Positions 43,856-53,165 of a stretch of DNA of 64,000 nt are shown here, piece after piece. The notes below the pieces were generated by a model, which made no database searches, was not told the DNA's origin, and worked only from the letters and a program-made list of their open reading frames with translations. The stretch covers positions 18,363-82,362 of the forward strand of contig JAISXU010000057.1 in NCBI GenBank assembly GCA_031270395.1. Direction: 5' to 3'. Positions within the stretch are counted from its first letter, which is position 1. Every line of letters begins with the position of its first letter. The position numbers were made by a program, and so were the translations under genes. Source of the DNA: Oscillospiraceae bacterium (lineage in GTDB: Bacteria > Bacillota > Clostridia > Oscillospirales > Oscillospiraceae).

Positions 43856-45082
43856 ATGAAAAAGCTACTTGCAATCCTTCTCGCAATGTGTCTCACCCTG
43901 TCGTTCTTCGCGTGCGCGCCGGAGGCATCGACGCCGAGCGGCGACACCGGCTCCCCGCCGCCCGCGGGCGGCGGGGACGACGCGCCGCCGGCCGACACGG
44001 GGACGCCGGCCGGCGGCGGCGACCAGCCCGGCACGTCGGCGCCGCCTCCGGCGAGCGCGGACGGCGTACCGCTCGGGACGCCGCTCGGCGGCGACCACTT
44101 CAGCCGGGAACCGTTCAAGATCGCCTATATCGTCAACATGCTGACGTGGGCGTTCAACAAGGCGATATCCGACGGGCTGGAGGCCACCGGCAAAAAGCTC
44201 AATTATGAGTACACCGCGTGGGCGGCAAACGGCGATTTCGACGCGTATGTGAACCAGATCTACACCTTCGCCGATCAGGGCTACGACGGGCTCATTCTCG
44301 GCACGGACGACGCGCTCTCCCCGCGCGCCTACGAGGCGGCCACGGAGGCCGGCATAGCGTTCGTGGGCGAATCCACCACGTTTATGAACGACGAGGGCTT
44401 GTGCATCTGGCCTAGCGTACAGCAGGCCCAGGTCCAAAACGGCGCGATGAGCGTTGAGTGGCTCGCGGCAAACTACAAAAACTTCTGGGGCGATGTGGAC
44501 CTCTCCGCCGTGAAGCTCGGACTCATCTGCCTCGACTTCTCCGGCGTATCCGGCATCACCGAGCGCAAGCCGGGCGTGAGCGGCAAGTTTGCCGAGATGT
44601 TCCCGAACGGGGAGTTCTTTGACGCCGACCTCGTCGCGCTCGGCAGCGAGGGCTTTTCCGTCCAGGGCGGACAGGACCTCACGTCGCAGCTTCTCTCCCA
44701 GAACCCGGGTATCGATAAATGGTTTGTCGTGGGTCTTGTGGACGACTGGTCCGTAGGCGCGACGCGCGCCGTGGAGCAGCTCAAGATGGAGGAAGACGTC
44801 CTCGTCGTCAGCATACAGGCCGACGCGTTCCTCGCCGAGATGGGCTCCGGAAATCAAGACAGCGTCTATGTGGCCGCGTGCGCCGTCTCGGCCAACGAGT
44901 TCGCCATCAATATGGCCAACTGCCTCGTCGCCATCCTTGACGGACGTACCACCGCCGAGGACATATGGCCCGAGTGGCGCGACGCCGGCGGCAGCTACCC
45001 GCGCATACAGGTAGCGGGCACTATGATCACGCCGGATACTTATCAGGATTATCTCACCGCGCAGAGCGCGCTGCTTGCCTGA
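43856..45082 (+). CDS. sugar/polyol-type ABC substrate-binding lipoprotein (PBP type I, RbsB-like)
   Basis: Start is ATG 43856 (MKKLLAILLAMCLTLSFFACAPE, lipobox). A Pro/Gly/Ala-rich linker follows, then FKIAYIVNMLTWAFNKAISDGLE..GYDGLILGTDD, typical of CUT2 binding proteins. Confidence 0.85.
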   Translation: MKKLLAILLAMCLTLSFFACAPEASTPSGDTGSPPPAGGGDDAPPADTGTPAGGGDQPGTSAPPPASADGVPLGTPLGGDHFSREPFKIAYIVNMLTWAFNKAISDGLEATGKKLNYEYTAWAANGDFDAYVNQIYTFADQGYDGLILGTDDALSPRAYEAATEAGIAFVGESTTFMNDEGLCIWPSVQQAQVQNGAMSVEWLAANYKNFWGDVDLSAVKLGLICLDFSGVSGITERKPGVSGKFAEMFPNGEFFDADLVALGSEGFSVQGGQDLTSQLLSQNPGIDKWFVVGLVDDWSVGATRAVEQLKMEEDVLVVSIQADAFLAEMGSGNQDSVYVAACAVSANEFAINMANCLVAILDGRTTAEDIWPEWRDAGGSYPRIQVAGTMITPDTYQDYLTAQSALLA

Positions 45083-45155
45083 ACCTCAGCCGGTTTTGTC
45101 CGGGGGCGGGGAACTTCCCTCTCCGCCCCCATATCTTCCATAAGGAGGTCGTCAT

Positions 45156-46127
45156 ATGACGGGTACGAAAGCCGGGAAATTTCTGCGCGGAAAAATCGCG
45201 GCTCTCATAGCGATAATCATAGTAGTGGGCGCTATTTTCACCATAGCGAATAAAAGCTACATAAGCCCTAAGAATATAATGTCCCTGATGACGAGCATAA
45301 GCCTGTCGGGTACGCTCGCGGTCGGTCTCGGATGCCTTCTCATCTCCGGGCATGTGGACCTGGCGTCGGGGACGGAAGGGTGCATAGCCGGTATCGTCGT
45401 CGCGCTCCTGCTCGGGACGGGTATGCCCTGGCCCGTGGCCCTGCTCCTGACGGTCGTGTTCGGATGCGTCATGGGGCTTGTACACGCCTTCCTCGTCCAC
45501 GTGCTCGGCTTTATGGCGTTCATCGCCACTATCGGCATGTCGTCGGTGTACAAGGGTCTCGCGCTCGTCATATCCAACGGGGCGAACGTGTCCATATCCA
45601 ATCAGGCGTTTTACACCATCGGTTCCGGAAGCCTCGGCATATTCCCGCTGCCGTTCATCATAATGACGGTGCTATTCATCGTCTACTCGCTCATACTCAA
45701 ATACACAAAGTTCGGCCGCGCCGTATACCTGTGCGGCGGCAACGTGAACGCCGCGCGGCTCGCCGGAGTGTCGCCTAAGAGAGTGTCCACGATACTGTTT
45801 GTAAACTGCGGCGCCATCTCCGCGCTCGCGGGGGCGATATTCGCGGCGCGCGTCCATATGGGCGGCCCGAACAACGTCTGGGGCGCGGAGATGGACGGCA
45901 TAGCGGCGGCGGTGCTGGGCGGCGTCTCGTTTATGGGCGGCTCCGGAAACCTCGGCGGCGCGTTCGTCGGGCTTATACTCATTAACGCTTTCAATAACGG
46001 CCTGAACGCGATAGGCTTGCAGGCGTACTGGCAGACCGCAGCGCAGGGCGTTATCCTGATTGCGGCGCTGCTGGTGGATTACTTCGGCGAGCGGGGACGC
46101 GTCCGCGCTCTGAAGGCCGCGTCATAG
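45156..46127 (+). CDS. ABC permease (RbsC/AraH-type, BPD_transp_2)
   Basis: 323 aa polytopic protein. ..YLCGGNVNAARLAGVSPKRV.. is a conserved CUT2 permease loop. Confidence 0.85.
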   Translation: MTGTKAGKFLRGKIAALIAIIIVVGAIFTIANKSYISPKNIMSLMTSISLSGTLAVGLGCLLISGHVDLASGTEGCIAGIVVALLLGTGMPWPVALLLTVVFGCVMGLVHAFLVHVLGFMAFIATIGMSSVYKGLALVISNGANVSISNQAFYTIGSGSLGIFPLPFIIMTVLFIVYSLILKYTKFGRAVYLCGGNVNAARLAGVSPKRVSTILFVNCGAISALAGAIFAARVHMGGPNNVWGAEMDGIAAAVLGGVSFMGGSGNLGGAFVGLILINAFNNGLNAIGLQAYWQTAAQGVILIAALLVDYFGERGRVRALKAAS

Positions 46128-46140
46128 GGGGTGTGGGAGG

Positions 46141-47178
46141 ATGAGACAAAAAAGCAAATTCCGCGCGTTCACGGAGACAAAAATGTTCACGCTCTTGCTT
46201 CTTCTGGCGTTCATCGTCGTCGTTTTCGCCGTCCTGACGCCGGAAGGGGGCTTCCTGAAGCCGCGCAACATCAAGAACATAATAAACGGGATGTCCGTCA
46301 ACGCCTTTCTCGCGGTCGGCGCGGGCTGTCTGCTCGTATCGGGGCAGATAGACCTCTCCGTGGGCGCCATAGGCACGCTGTCCGGCGTCGTCTTCGCGCT
46401 CCTTTTCGGCAAATACGGCGTACCGGTGATACCGGCGGTCGTCGTCTCGCTTGTCGTCGTGGCGGCGTTCGGGTTTGTCAACGCGCTGCTCATCAACCGC
46501 TTCCACACGCAGGGCTTTATAACTACGATGGCCACGGGGCTTCTCGCGCAGGGACTCGGATATATCCTTGACGGCGGAAAGGCCATCGCCATAAAGAGCG
46601 ACGCGTTCAACGCGGTCGGCACGAAGTCGATTTTCGACGGCTATCTGCCGATCTCCGTAATCATAGCCGTCGTGGTTTTTATCATTTACGGTCTGCTTAT
46701 GAGCAAGACAAAATTCGGTCAGAGCGTCTACCTCGTCGGGGGGAACCCGACGGCGTCGTATCTGTCCGGCATCAACCCGAAAAGAATATCGTACATACTT
46801 TTTATCAACTGCTCGGTGATGGGGGGTCTCGCCGGACTAATGTACGCCTCGCGCATGAAATCGGCGACGCAATCGGGTATAACTAACAGCTCGTTTGCCG
46901 GCATGACGGCCGCCATACTCGGCGGCATCTCGTTCGGCGGCGGCGCGGGCGGTATGGGTGGGGCGTTTTTGGGGCTTATCATCCTCAACGCGTTCAACAA
47001 CGGCATATCCGGCGTGGGCATACCGCCGTACTGGCAGCAGGTGGCGTCCGGTGCGCTGCTGCTCATCGCGTTGACGTTTGATTACGTGGGTATTCGCCAG
47101 CGGGCGTTCTCGCTGCGCCGTGAGGCGGCGCGCGTCGGCGCGGGGGCAAACGCGGAGACGAAAGGAGACGTGCGATAA
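46141..47178 (+). CDS. ABC permease (RbsC/AraH-type), second subunit
   Basis: 345 aa. ..YLVGGNPTASYLSGINPKRI.. is the paralogous loop. Confidence 0.85.
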   Translation: MRQKSKFRAFTETKMFTLLLLLAFIVVVFAVLTPEGGFLKPRNIKNIINGMSVNAFLAVGAGCLLVSGQIDLSVGAIGTLSGVVFALLFGKYGVPVIPAVVVSLVVVAAFGFVNALLINRFHTQGFITTMATGLLAQGLGYILDGGKAIAIKSDAFNAVGTKSIFDGYLPISVIIAVVVFIIYGLLMSKTKFGQSVYLVGGNPTASYLSGINPKRISYILFINCSVMGGLAGLMYASRMKSATQSGITNSSFAGMTAAILGGISFGGGAGGMGGAFLGLIILNAFNNGISGVGIPPYWQQVASGALLLIALTFDYVGIRQRAFSLRREAARVGAGANAETKGDVR

Positions 47179-48671
47179 TGGCAGGATGCATAGAGTTTTC
47201 AGGCATCTCCAAACTGTTCCCGGGCGTCCGGGCGCTCGCGGACGTATCCTTCAGGGCGGATAGCGGACAGGTGCTCGCCCTGCTCGGCGAGAATGGGGCC
47301 GGCAAGAGCACGCTTCTCAAAATCCTCTCCGGCGACGTGAAGCCCGACGGCGGCCGCATATCGATTGACGGCGCCGAACAGAGCTTCCAGTCCCCGACCG
47401 ACGCGCTCAGGGCGGGCATCAGCGTGATATATCAGGAGCGGCAGCTTGTGCCGGCAGGAAGCGTCGCGGAGAACATCTTTGCGGGAGATCTGCCGGGGCG
47501 CTCCGGCGTGGTGGATTACAAAGCGCTTTACGAGCAGACCGCTGAAATCATCGGCAAGTTCGGGCTCGACATCGATCCCGACGAGCCCGTGGGGCGGCTG
47601 CCCATAGCCCGCCAGCAGATGGTGGAAATTATGAAGGCGTACAGGCGCGACAGCGCGATTATAGCGTTCGACGAGCCGACGGCCAGCCTGACGGACAGCG
47701 AAATATCCATCCTGTTCCGGCTGATAAACGAGCTCAAGGAGAGCGGCAAGATCATCATTTACGTCTCGCACCGCCTGTCTGAAATATTTCAGATTTCTGA
47801 CAAAATCACCGTATTGAAGGACGGGTGTCTCGTCACGACGCTCGAAACCGCCCGGACGGACGAGGCGGAGCTCATCCGCGCGATGGTGGGTCGTGACCTG
47901 GGGGACACCTACGCAAAGCTCTCGCGCAACGACAGACTGGGGGACACGCTCCTCGAGGTGCGCGACCTCGAGACGGAGGATGTCCACGGCGTGAGCTTCA
48001 CTCTCCGGCGCGGCGAGGTGCTCGGCTTCGCGGGCCTTATCGGCGCGGGGCGCACGGAGGTCATGCGCGCCATATTCGGCGCGGATCGCATACTGTCCGG
48101 TGCCGTGGTATTTGACGGCAGGGAGGGCGGCTTCAAATCGCCCAAGGAGGCGATAGACGCCGGTGTCGCGCTGTGCCCGGAGGACAGGAAGGAGCAAGGT
48201 CTCGTGCTGTTCCGCTCGATACGCGACAATATCACCATGCCCGTGCTGCAAAAGCTAAAACGGCTGCTATTCCTCGACAAGCGCGCCGGGCACAAGCTCG
48301 CCCAGAGCGCTATAGCGCGCTATGACATAAGGACGCCGAGCGCCGATAAGGCCGTGGTGGAGCTGTCCGGCGGCAACCAGCAGAAGGTCATACTGGGGCG
48401 GTGGACGTCCGACATGATGGACACAAAGCTGCTGATACTCGACGAGCCGACAAAGGGCATCGACGTCGGCACAAAGGCGGAGGTCTACCAGATCATCTGC
48501 GACTTCGCCAAGCAGGGCATAGGCGTGATCTTCATATCGTCGGAGCTCACGGAGGTCATAAACGTCGCCGACAGGATACTCGTTATGAAGGGCGGGCGCA
48601 TAACGGGCGAGCTGACGCGCGCCGAGGCGACGGAGGAGAACGTCCTCGCGCTGGCAATGAAAGACGTTTGA
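47178..48671 (+). CDS. sugar ABC transporter ATP-binding protein with duplicated ABC cassettes (RbsA/MglA-like)
   Basis: GENGAGKST.., FDEPTASL, a second cassette with GLIGAGRTE, LSGGNQQK and LILDEPTKGIDVG. 497 aa. The start overlaps the upstream stop. Confidence 0.9.
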   Translation: MAGCIEFSGISKLFPGVRALADVSFRADSGQVLALLGENGAGKSTLLKILSGDVKPDGGRISIDGAEQSFQSPTDALRAGISVIYQERQLVPAGSVAENIFAGDLPGRSGVVDYKALYEQTAEIIGKFGLDIDPDEPVGRLPIARQQMVEIMKAYRRDSAIIAFDEPTASLTDSEISILFRLINELKESGKIIIYVSHRLSEIFQISDKITVLKDGCLVTTLETARTDEAELIRAMVGRDLGDTYAKLSRNDRLGDTLLEVRDLETEDVHGVSFTLRRGEVLGFAGLIGAGRTEVMRAIFGADRILSGAVVFDGREGGFKSPKEAIDAGVALCPEDRKEQGLVLFRSIRDNITMPVLQKLKRLLFLDKRAGHKLAQSAIARYDIRTPSADKAVVELSGGNQQKVILGRWTSDMMDTKLLILDEPTKGIDVGTKAEVYQIICDFAKQGIGVIFISSELTEVINVADRILVMKGGRITGELTRAEATEENVLALAMKDV

Positions 48672-48722
48672 CAAGATGGTTGACATGTGAAAAGAGACGT
48701 ACTTGAAAAGAGGTTATTATTA

Positions 48723-49181
48723 ATGGGCAAGCCGATCATGACAAGAGAAGAATTCATGGAGTACGAAAACTATTTTAATACAATGCAGTATGAAAAGGTT
48801 GTGTCATACTTCAACCCCAAATGTACGGTGGAGTACATGGACAGCTTCACGCGCGCTGCGCAGCCAACACCCCAGACCGTGACGGGCCCGGCGGAATTTA
48901 TTGAGAACTACAAGACGCTGCATGAAAATTTCAGGGAATTTCTCACGCTGGGCATATTCCTGAGCGACGAAAAGAACATGATAGTGGAATTCCAGACGGA
49001 ATTTATCGCGCTGCGCGACGGGGATTTTCAGGGCGCATCCATAAAACGCGGGGAGTGCTTCGCCGTCAACCAGTTCTGCGTCTACGACTTCGACGAGAAC
49101 GGCAAATTCAGCCGCATCAGGATATCGCACCACCGCGTCCTGAGCAACGACCCGGCCTTCAAACCGCTCCACAGCATCTAG
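48723..49181 (+). CDS. NTF2-like (SnoaL/ketosteroid-isomerase-fold) small protein
   Basis: Start is ATG 48723 after AAGAGG. 152 aa. The sequence pattern (..YFNPKCTVEY.., ..FQTEFIAL.., ..CFAVNQFCVYDFDENGKFSRIRISHH..) suggests an alpha+beta cone fold. The fold call is not verified. Confidence 0.5.
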   Translation: MGKPIMTREEFMEYENYFNTMQYEKVVSYFNPKCTVEYMDSFTRAAQPTPQTVTGPAEFIENYKTLHENFREFLTLGIFLSDEKNMIVEFQTEFIALRDGDFQGASIKRGECFAVNQFCVYDFDENGKFSRIRISHHRVLSNDPAFKPLHSI

Positions 49182-49196
49182 AATTTTCCCGTGGGA

Positions 49197-49534
49197 ATAA
49201 TTTCGTTTGCACACGTTTTCGCTCTTACGTCCTTTTCGCTGTGGCGAAAAGAATTTTTGCGAAGGAGTGCGCCCTCGTCGGAGCGAACTACACTGCGCTA
49301 CACCGCCCTATGGGCGGTATCCGCTCTGTTGCGTTGCTCCTCCTCTCCGAAATGAACCCGCTCCGCTGGGCTTCATTTCGGCCCCAGACGGGAGATGCAG
49401 AGCAAAAATTGTTATATTTCGCATGTTTCGGAAATTCATTTTCCGAAACATGCACTCTGCGAGCCGCGCACGGCGAGATCCAACCCTTCGTAACTCGTTT
49501 GTTACGGCTCAAGCCGTGACAAACGAAATGATTC
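49197..49534 (+). repeat. family A modular intergenic repeat, long form (copy A2), left flank of the GRE gene
   Basis: Same architecture as 7360-7580 plus a ~110-nt insert module (..GAGCGAACTACACTGCGCTACACCGCCCTATGGGCGGTATCCGC..CCGAAATGAACCCGCTCCGCTGGGCTTCATTTCGG..). The terminal hairpin is CGTTTGTTACGGC-tcaa-GCCGTGACAAACG. Confidence 0.75.
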
Positions 49535-49543
49535 AATAAACGC

Positions 49544-49572
49544 TTGCAAACGTGCCGCTATTGGTATAGAAT
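49544..49572 (+). promoter_or_regulatory. promoter of the GRE gene
   Basis: TTGCAA (49544-49549), 17 nt spacer, TAGAAT (49567-49572). RBS AAGGGGGA, then ATG 49608. Confidence 0.4.
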
Positions 49573-49607
49573 AGATATATCTTAAAAAACAAGGGGGACT
49601 TTATATT

Positions 49608-52052
49608 ATGTATCAATTCAGGCCGTACACCGAGAGGATATGGAACTACCGGGAGAGAGTCCGCGACCGCGTGATTGAGGCGGATTCTGAGCGCACGCAG
49701 CTCATCGTCGAGGCGTGGAGACTCTACAAAAATGTGGTTCCGCTTATCCGCAATCCGCTCACTACCAAGTACATCACGGAGCGAATGACGATCCGCATTG
49801 AGGACGACGAGATCATTGTCGGAAACAAGTCCAAAAACTTCTGCGGCTCCTCCGGCGCGTTCTGGGCGATGTTCGTTGACATCGAGAACCTGTGGGAAAA
49901 GCGCGCCGACGGGAAGTATTACAACGATCCGGCGGCGGACGGCATAGCGCTGTGCGTCCACGAGGACGAGCTGAAGATCATCAAGCAGTACGCGAAGGAA
50001 TACCGCGAGACGAGCGATTCTGTCGTCGGCGACGCGTGGCTGCCGGAGGGTGCTAAGGAGTTCTTCGAGCTCGGCACGAACGACTACGGCGAGCCGGGCA
50101 GAATGGGCCCGATGACGCTCCGCTCGGGACATCTCACCCCCGGCTGGCAAAAGATCATCAACGTGGGTTATGGCGCTATCAAGAGGCAGGCGCAGGAGTG
50201 GATAGACGCGCACAAGGGCAGGATCATGGGCGACGACATGAAGAAATACATGTTCTATCAGGCCGCCGTCTACGAGTGCGAGGCCGCCTCGGCGTTCGTG
50301 CTGCGCTACGCCGACGCCGTCGCCGAAAAGGCGCTGACGTGTACCGACCCCAAGCGCAAGGCGGAGCTCGAAAAGATGGAGGCGGGCCTGCGGTGGATTT
50401 CCGAGAATCCCGCGCGCACGTACTGGGAGGCGTGCCAGGCCGCCCAGTTGTATCAGATTTTCCTGGGCATTGATTGCAGTATGCCCGCTCCGGCGTTCGG
50501 CCGCTTTGACCAATACACGTGGCCGCTCCTCGAAAAAGACCTCGCGGCGGGCACTATAACTATGGACGAGGCGCAGGAGATCACCGACGCGTTCTTCCTG
50601 AAGGTAAACTGCGCGTACGAGGGCGGCATCGGCGGTATAGCCAAGACGACGGGCATCGGCGTCTCGTACCAGCACACGACGATAGGCGGCGTCGATACCA
50701 AGACGGGCGAGGACGCCACAAACCCCGTCACATATATGGTGCTTGAGACGATGGGGCGTCTTGTGCTCCACGACCCCACCATCTCGCTCCGCATAAACAA
50801 GAATACCCCGGATGAGCTCTGGGGCTGCGCTCTGGAGACCTCCAAGCTCGTCGGCGGACTGCCGCTGTTCCAAAACGACGAGGTCATCATTCCCGGGCTT
50901 CAAAAAGAGCTCGGCTTTGAGCTCGAGGACGCGCGGGATTACTCCATCATCGGCTGCCAGGAGATCGTCGGCTCCGGTACGGACTACCCAGCTCCGAACG
51001 GCGTCGGCGCGAACCACGCGACGCTCTACTACGGCGTGATCCTCGACATGGCGATCAACAACGGCATCAACCCGCTGAACGGCAAACAGGCGCCGGCGCA
51101 CCTGTGCAAGGGTTACCTTTACGAGATGAACTCCATAGAGGAGGTACGTCAGGCGTACACCGATCTGTGCGTGTATCTGCACGACTGGTACGTCACTATC
51201 AACAACTACGCCGAGTACCTCATACCCTACAATATGCCTCAGCCCGGCCTGTCGATTTCAATGGTCGGCTGCATGGAGAAGGGCATGGACTGCGCCGAGG
51301 GCGGCTGCAAGTACAATTCCTACGGCGGCACGGCCACCGGTCTCGCGACCATAGCGGACAGTCTCGCCGCCATCAAGTATATGTGCTTTGACAAGAAGCT
51401 CGTCTCGACGCGCGAGCTGTACGACGCCGTCATGGCGAACTGGGAGGGCCACGAGCCCCTTCGCCAGAAGATACTCAACGAGGTGCCGCACTACGGAAAC
51501 GCCGACCCGTACGTTGACGAGGAGCTCGCGTTCGCCGTCAATCTGTACTACGATCTTTGCAAGAGATGTTCGTCGCAGCGCTCAAAGGTCTACAAGGCGG
51601 GCATGTACGGCGCGTCCGACCACGTCGCGCAGGGCTACCTGACGCCCGCGACGCCCGACGGACGCAAGTTCGGCGAGCCCATAGCCGACGCCATGAGCCC
51701 CGCGCAGAGCCGCGACGGCAACGGCCCGACGGCGGTGTTCATGTCCTCATGCTGCTTCGACCACACGAAGTTTATGGACGGCATAGCGCTGAATCTGCGT
51801 ATGCACCCGACGGTACTGAGCCGTGACGACGGCATCGAAAAGCTGCGCGATATGACGAAGGCGTACTTCGACAACGGCGGTCTTGAGTGCCAGTACAATG
51901 TCGTCGACACAAAAACGCTCCGCGCCGCGCAGACGGCGCCGACAAAGTACCGCGACCTCGTCGTGCGTATAGCCGGCTACTCGGCGTACTTCATCGAGCT
52001 GGGCACGGACCAGCAAAACGACATCATCTCGCGCAACGAAAACGTGATATAA
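49608..52052 (+). CDS. glycyl radical enzyme (PFL2/glycerol-dehydratase-like family), substrate unknown
   Basis: 814 aa. The C-terminal glycyl-radical motif is VVRIAGYSAYF (Gly790, nt 51975-51977). The single-Cys loop is IIGCQEIVG (Cys450/Glu452, nt 50955-50963), not the Cys-Cys pair of pyruvate formate-lyase. Confidence 0.9.
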   Translation: MYQFRPYTERIWNYRERVRDRVIEADSERTQLIVEAWRLYKNVVPLIRNPLTTKYITERMTIRIEDDEIIVGNKSKNFCGSSGAFWAMFVDIENLWEKRADGKYYNDPAADGIALCVHEDELKIIKQYAKEYRETSDSVVGDAWLPEGAKEFFELGTNDYGEPGRMGPMTLRSGHLTPGWQKIINVGYGAIKRQAQEWIDAHKGRIMGDDMKKYMFYQAAVYECEAASAFVLRYADAVAEKALTCTDPKRKAELEKMEAGLRWISENPARTYWEACQAAQLYQIFLGIDCSMPAPAFGRFDQYTWPLLEKDLAAGTITMDEAQEITDAFFLKVNCAYEGGIGGIAKTTGIGVSYQHTTIGGVDTKTGEDATNPVTYMVLETMGRLVLHDPTISLRINKNTPDELWGCALETSKLVGGLPLFQNDEVIIPGLQKELGFELEDARDYSIIGCQEIVGSGTDYPAPNGVGANHATLYYGVILDMAINNGINPLNGKQAPAHLCKGYLYEMNSIEEVRQAYTDLCVYLHDWYVTINNYAEYLIPYNMPQPGLSISMVGCMEKGMDCAEGGCKYNSYGGTATGLATIADSLAAIKYMCFDKKLVSTRELYDAVMANWEGHEPLRQKILNEVPHYGNADPYVDEELAFAVNLYYDLCKRCSSQRSKVYKAGMYGASDHVAQGYLTPATPDGRKFGEPIADAMSPAQSRDGNGPTAVFMSSCCFDHTKFMDGIALNLRMHPTVLSRDDGIEKLRDMTKAYFDNGGLECQYNVVDTKTLRAAQTAPTKYRDLVVRIAGYSAYFIELGTDQQNDIISRNENVI

Positions 52053-52383
52053 ATCATTTCGTTTGTCACGGCTGCGCCGTAACAAACGAGTTACGAGGGT
52101 TAGTTCTCGCCGTGCGCGGCTCGCAGAGTGCATGTTGGGGGAAATAAATTCCCCCAACATGCGAAATATGACAATTTTTGCTCCGCATCTCCCGTCTGGG
52201 GCCGAAATGAAGCCTAGCGGAGCGGGTTCATTTCGGAGAGGAGGAGCAACGCAACGGAGCGGATACCGCCCATAGGGCGGTGCAGCGCAGTGTAGTTCGC
52301 TCCGACGAGGACGCACTCTTTCGCAAAAATTCTTTTCGCCACAGGCGAAAAGGACGAGTGAGTGATAATGGGTACGAACACGA
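52053..52383 (-). repeat. family A modular intergenic repeat, long form (copy A3), inverted, right flank of the GRE gene
   Basis: Starts at the first nt after the GRE stop. It is the reverse complement of the 49197-49534 architecture, including the ~110-nt module. The variable hairpin here is CATGTTGGGGGAA-ataaa-TTCCCCCAACATG. Confidence 0.75.
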
Positions 52384-52485
52384 GGTTATATCACATGAAA
52401 GCATCGGTGAAAACGGCGTAACAATGGGCGGCGTTCAATTCAACGCGTTGGCGACATCAAGATATTAGAATTATGAATCGGGTGT

Positions 52486-52716
52486 GTGAATGGTGTGTAT
52501 CAGATTATTGTAAATGCAAGCGCTCTGAGTTTGCCACAAGAAATAGCGGGAAAAATCAGCACCGGACAGGTTGCAATACGTGAGGTGCCCGAAGGTTTTC
52601 TCATAGTACCGATGACAAAATACAACGGAAAACTAAGAGGAATGCTGAAAGGAACCGGATTCTCAACGCAGCGGTATTTCCGTCAAAAGTCTGCCGACAA
52701 GGAACTTGAATTTTGA
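52486..52716 (+). CDS. AbrB/SpoVT-fold antitoxin (VapB-like)
   Basis: 76 aa. ..LSLPQEIAGKISTGQVAIREVPEGFLIVP.. resembles a swapped-hairpin AbrB/MazE motif. It overlaps the PIN gene by 4 nt. The start codon (GTG 52486) is uncertain. Confidence 0.6.
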   Translation: MNGVYQIIVNASALSLPQEIAGKISTGQVAIREVPEGFLIVPMTKYNGKLRGMLKGTGFSTQRYFRQKSADKELEF

Positions 52717-53129
52717 AGCGGCGTTATGTGTTTGACGCCTGTTCGCTTATCGCCTACATTAACGACGAGGATGGCGCGGATATTGTCGACAGGCTTCTTT
52801 CTGAGGCGTTCTCCGGCGGTGTTGCAACACAAATGGGTAAAGTCAACCTGCTGGAAGTTTACTACGGTGTTTTACGCGATTTCGGTCTCAGCCAAGCGGA
52901 GGAAGTACTCAAAGAAATATCGGCATATCCGATACAAATAATTCATGATATATCTGATAGCGTGTTCCGCGAAGCGGGTAAATTAAAAGCGCGGTATAAA
53001 TTGTCGCTTGCCGACGCTTTAGCTCTTGGACTCGCTTCTGTAAGTGGCGACATACTGGTTACGGCGGATCACCATGAGATGGATATTATTGAGCAACAAG
53101 AAAAGATCAAATTTCTGTGGATTCGCTGA
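52713..53129 (+). CDS. vapC: PIN-domain type II toxin (VapC family)
   Basis: 138 aa. The acidic quartet context is YVFDACSLIAY.., ..LLEVYY.., ..LSLADALALGLA.., ..ILVTADHHEMD. Confidence 0.8.
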   Translation: MKRRYVFDACSLIAYINDEDGADIVDRLLSEAFSGGVATQMGKVNLLEVYYGVLRDFGLSQAEEVLKEISAYPIQIIHDISDSVFREAGKLKARYKLSLADALALGLASVSGDILVTADHHEMDIIEQQEKIKFLWIR

Positions 53130-53165
53130 CGACAGCGTGCGCAAAAGAAAGCAAGGTGACTTATT

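Noticed and set aside
43865-44857. 330-aa minus-strand ORF plus several Arg-rich plus-strand ORFs (43869..44144, 43888..44208)
   Set aside because: They are shadow frames of the ABC binding-protein gene and its Pro/Gly/Ala-rich linker.
49533-51182. 549-aa minus-strand ORF
   Set aside because: It is antisense to the glycyl radical enzyme gene, which is a typical long shadow ORF in GC-rich DNA.
49197-52383. GRE cassette as an active composite transposon or integron cassette
   Set aside because: No transposase, integrase or attI is present in the window. The flanking elements are non-coding, and integron attC sites would be in direct, not inverted, orientation. I kept it as a structural observation only.
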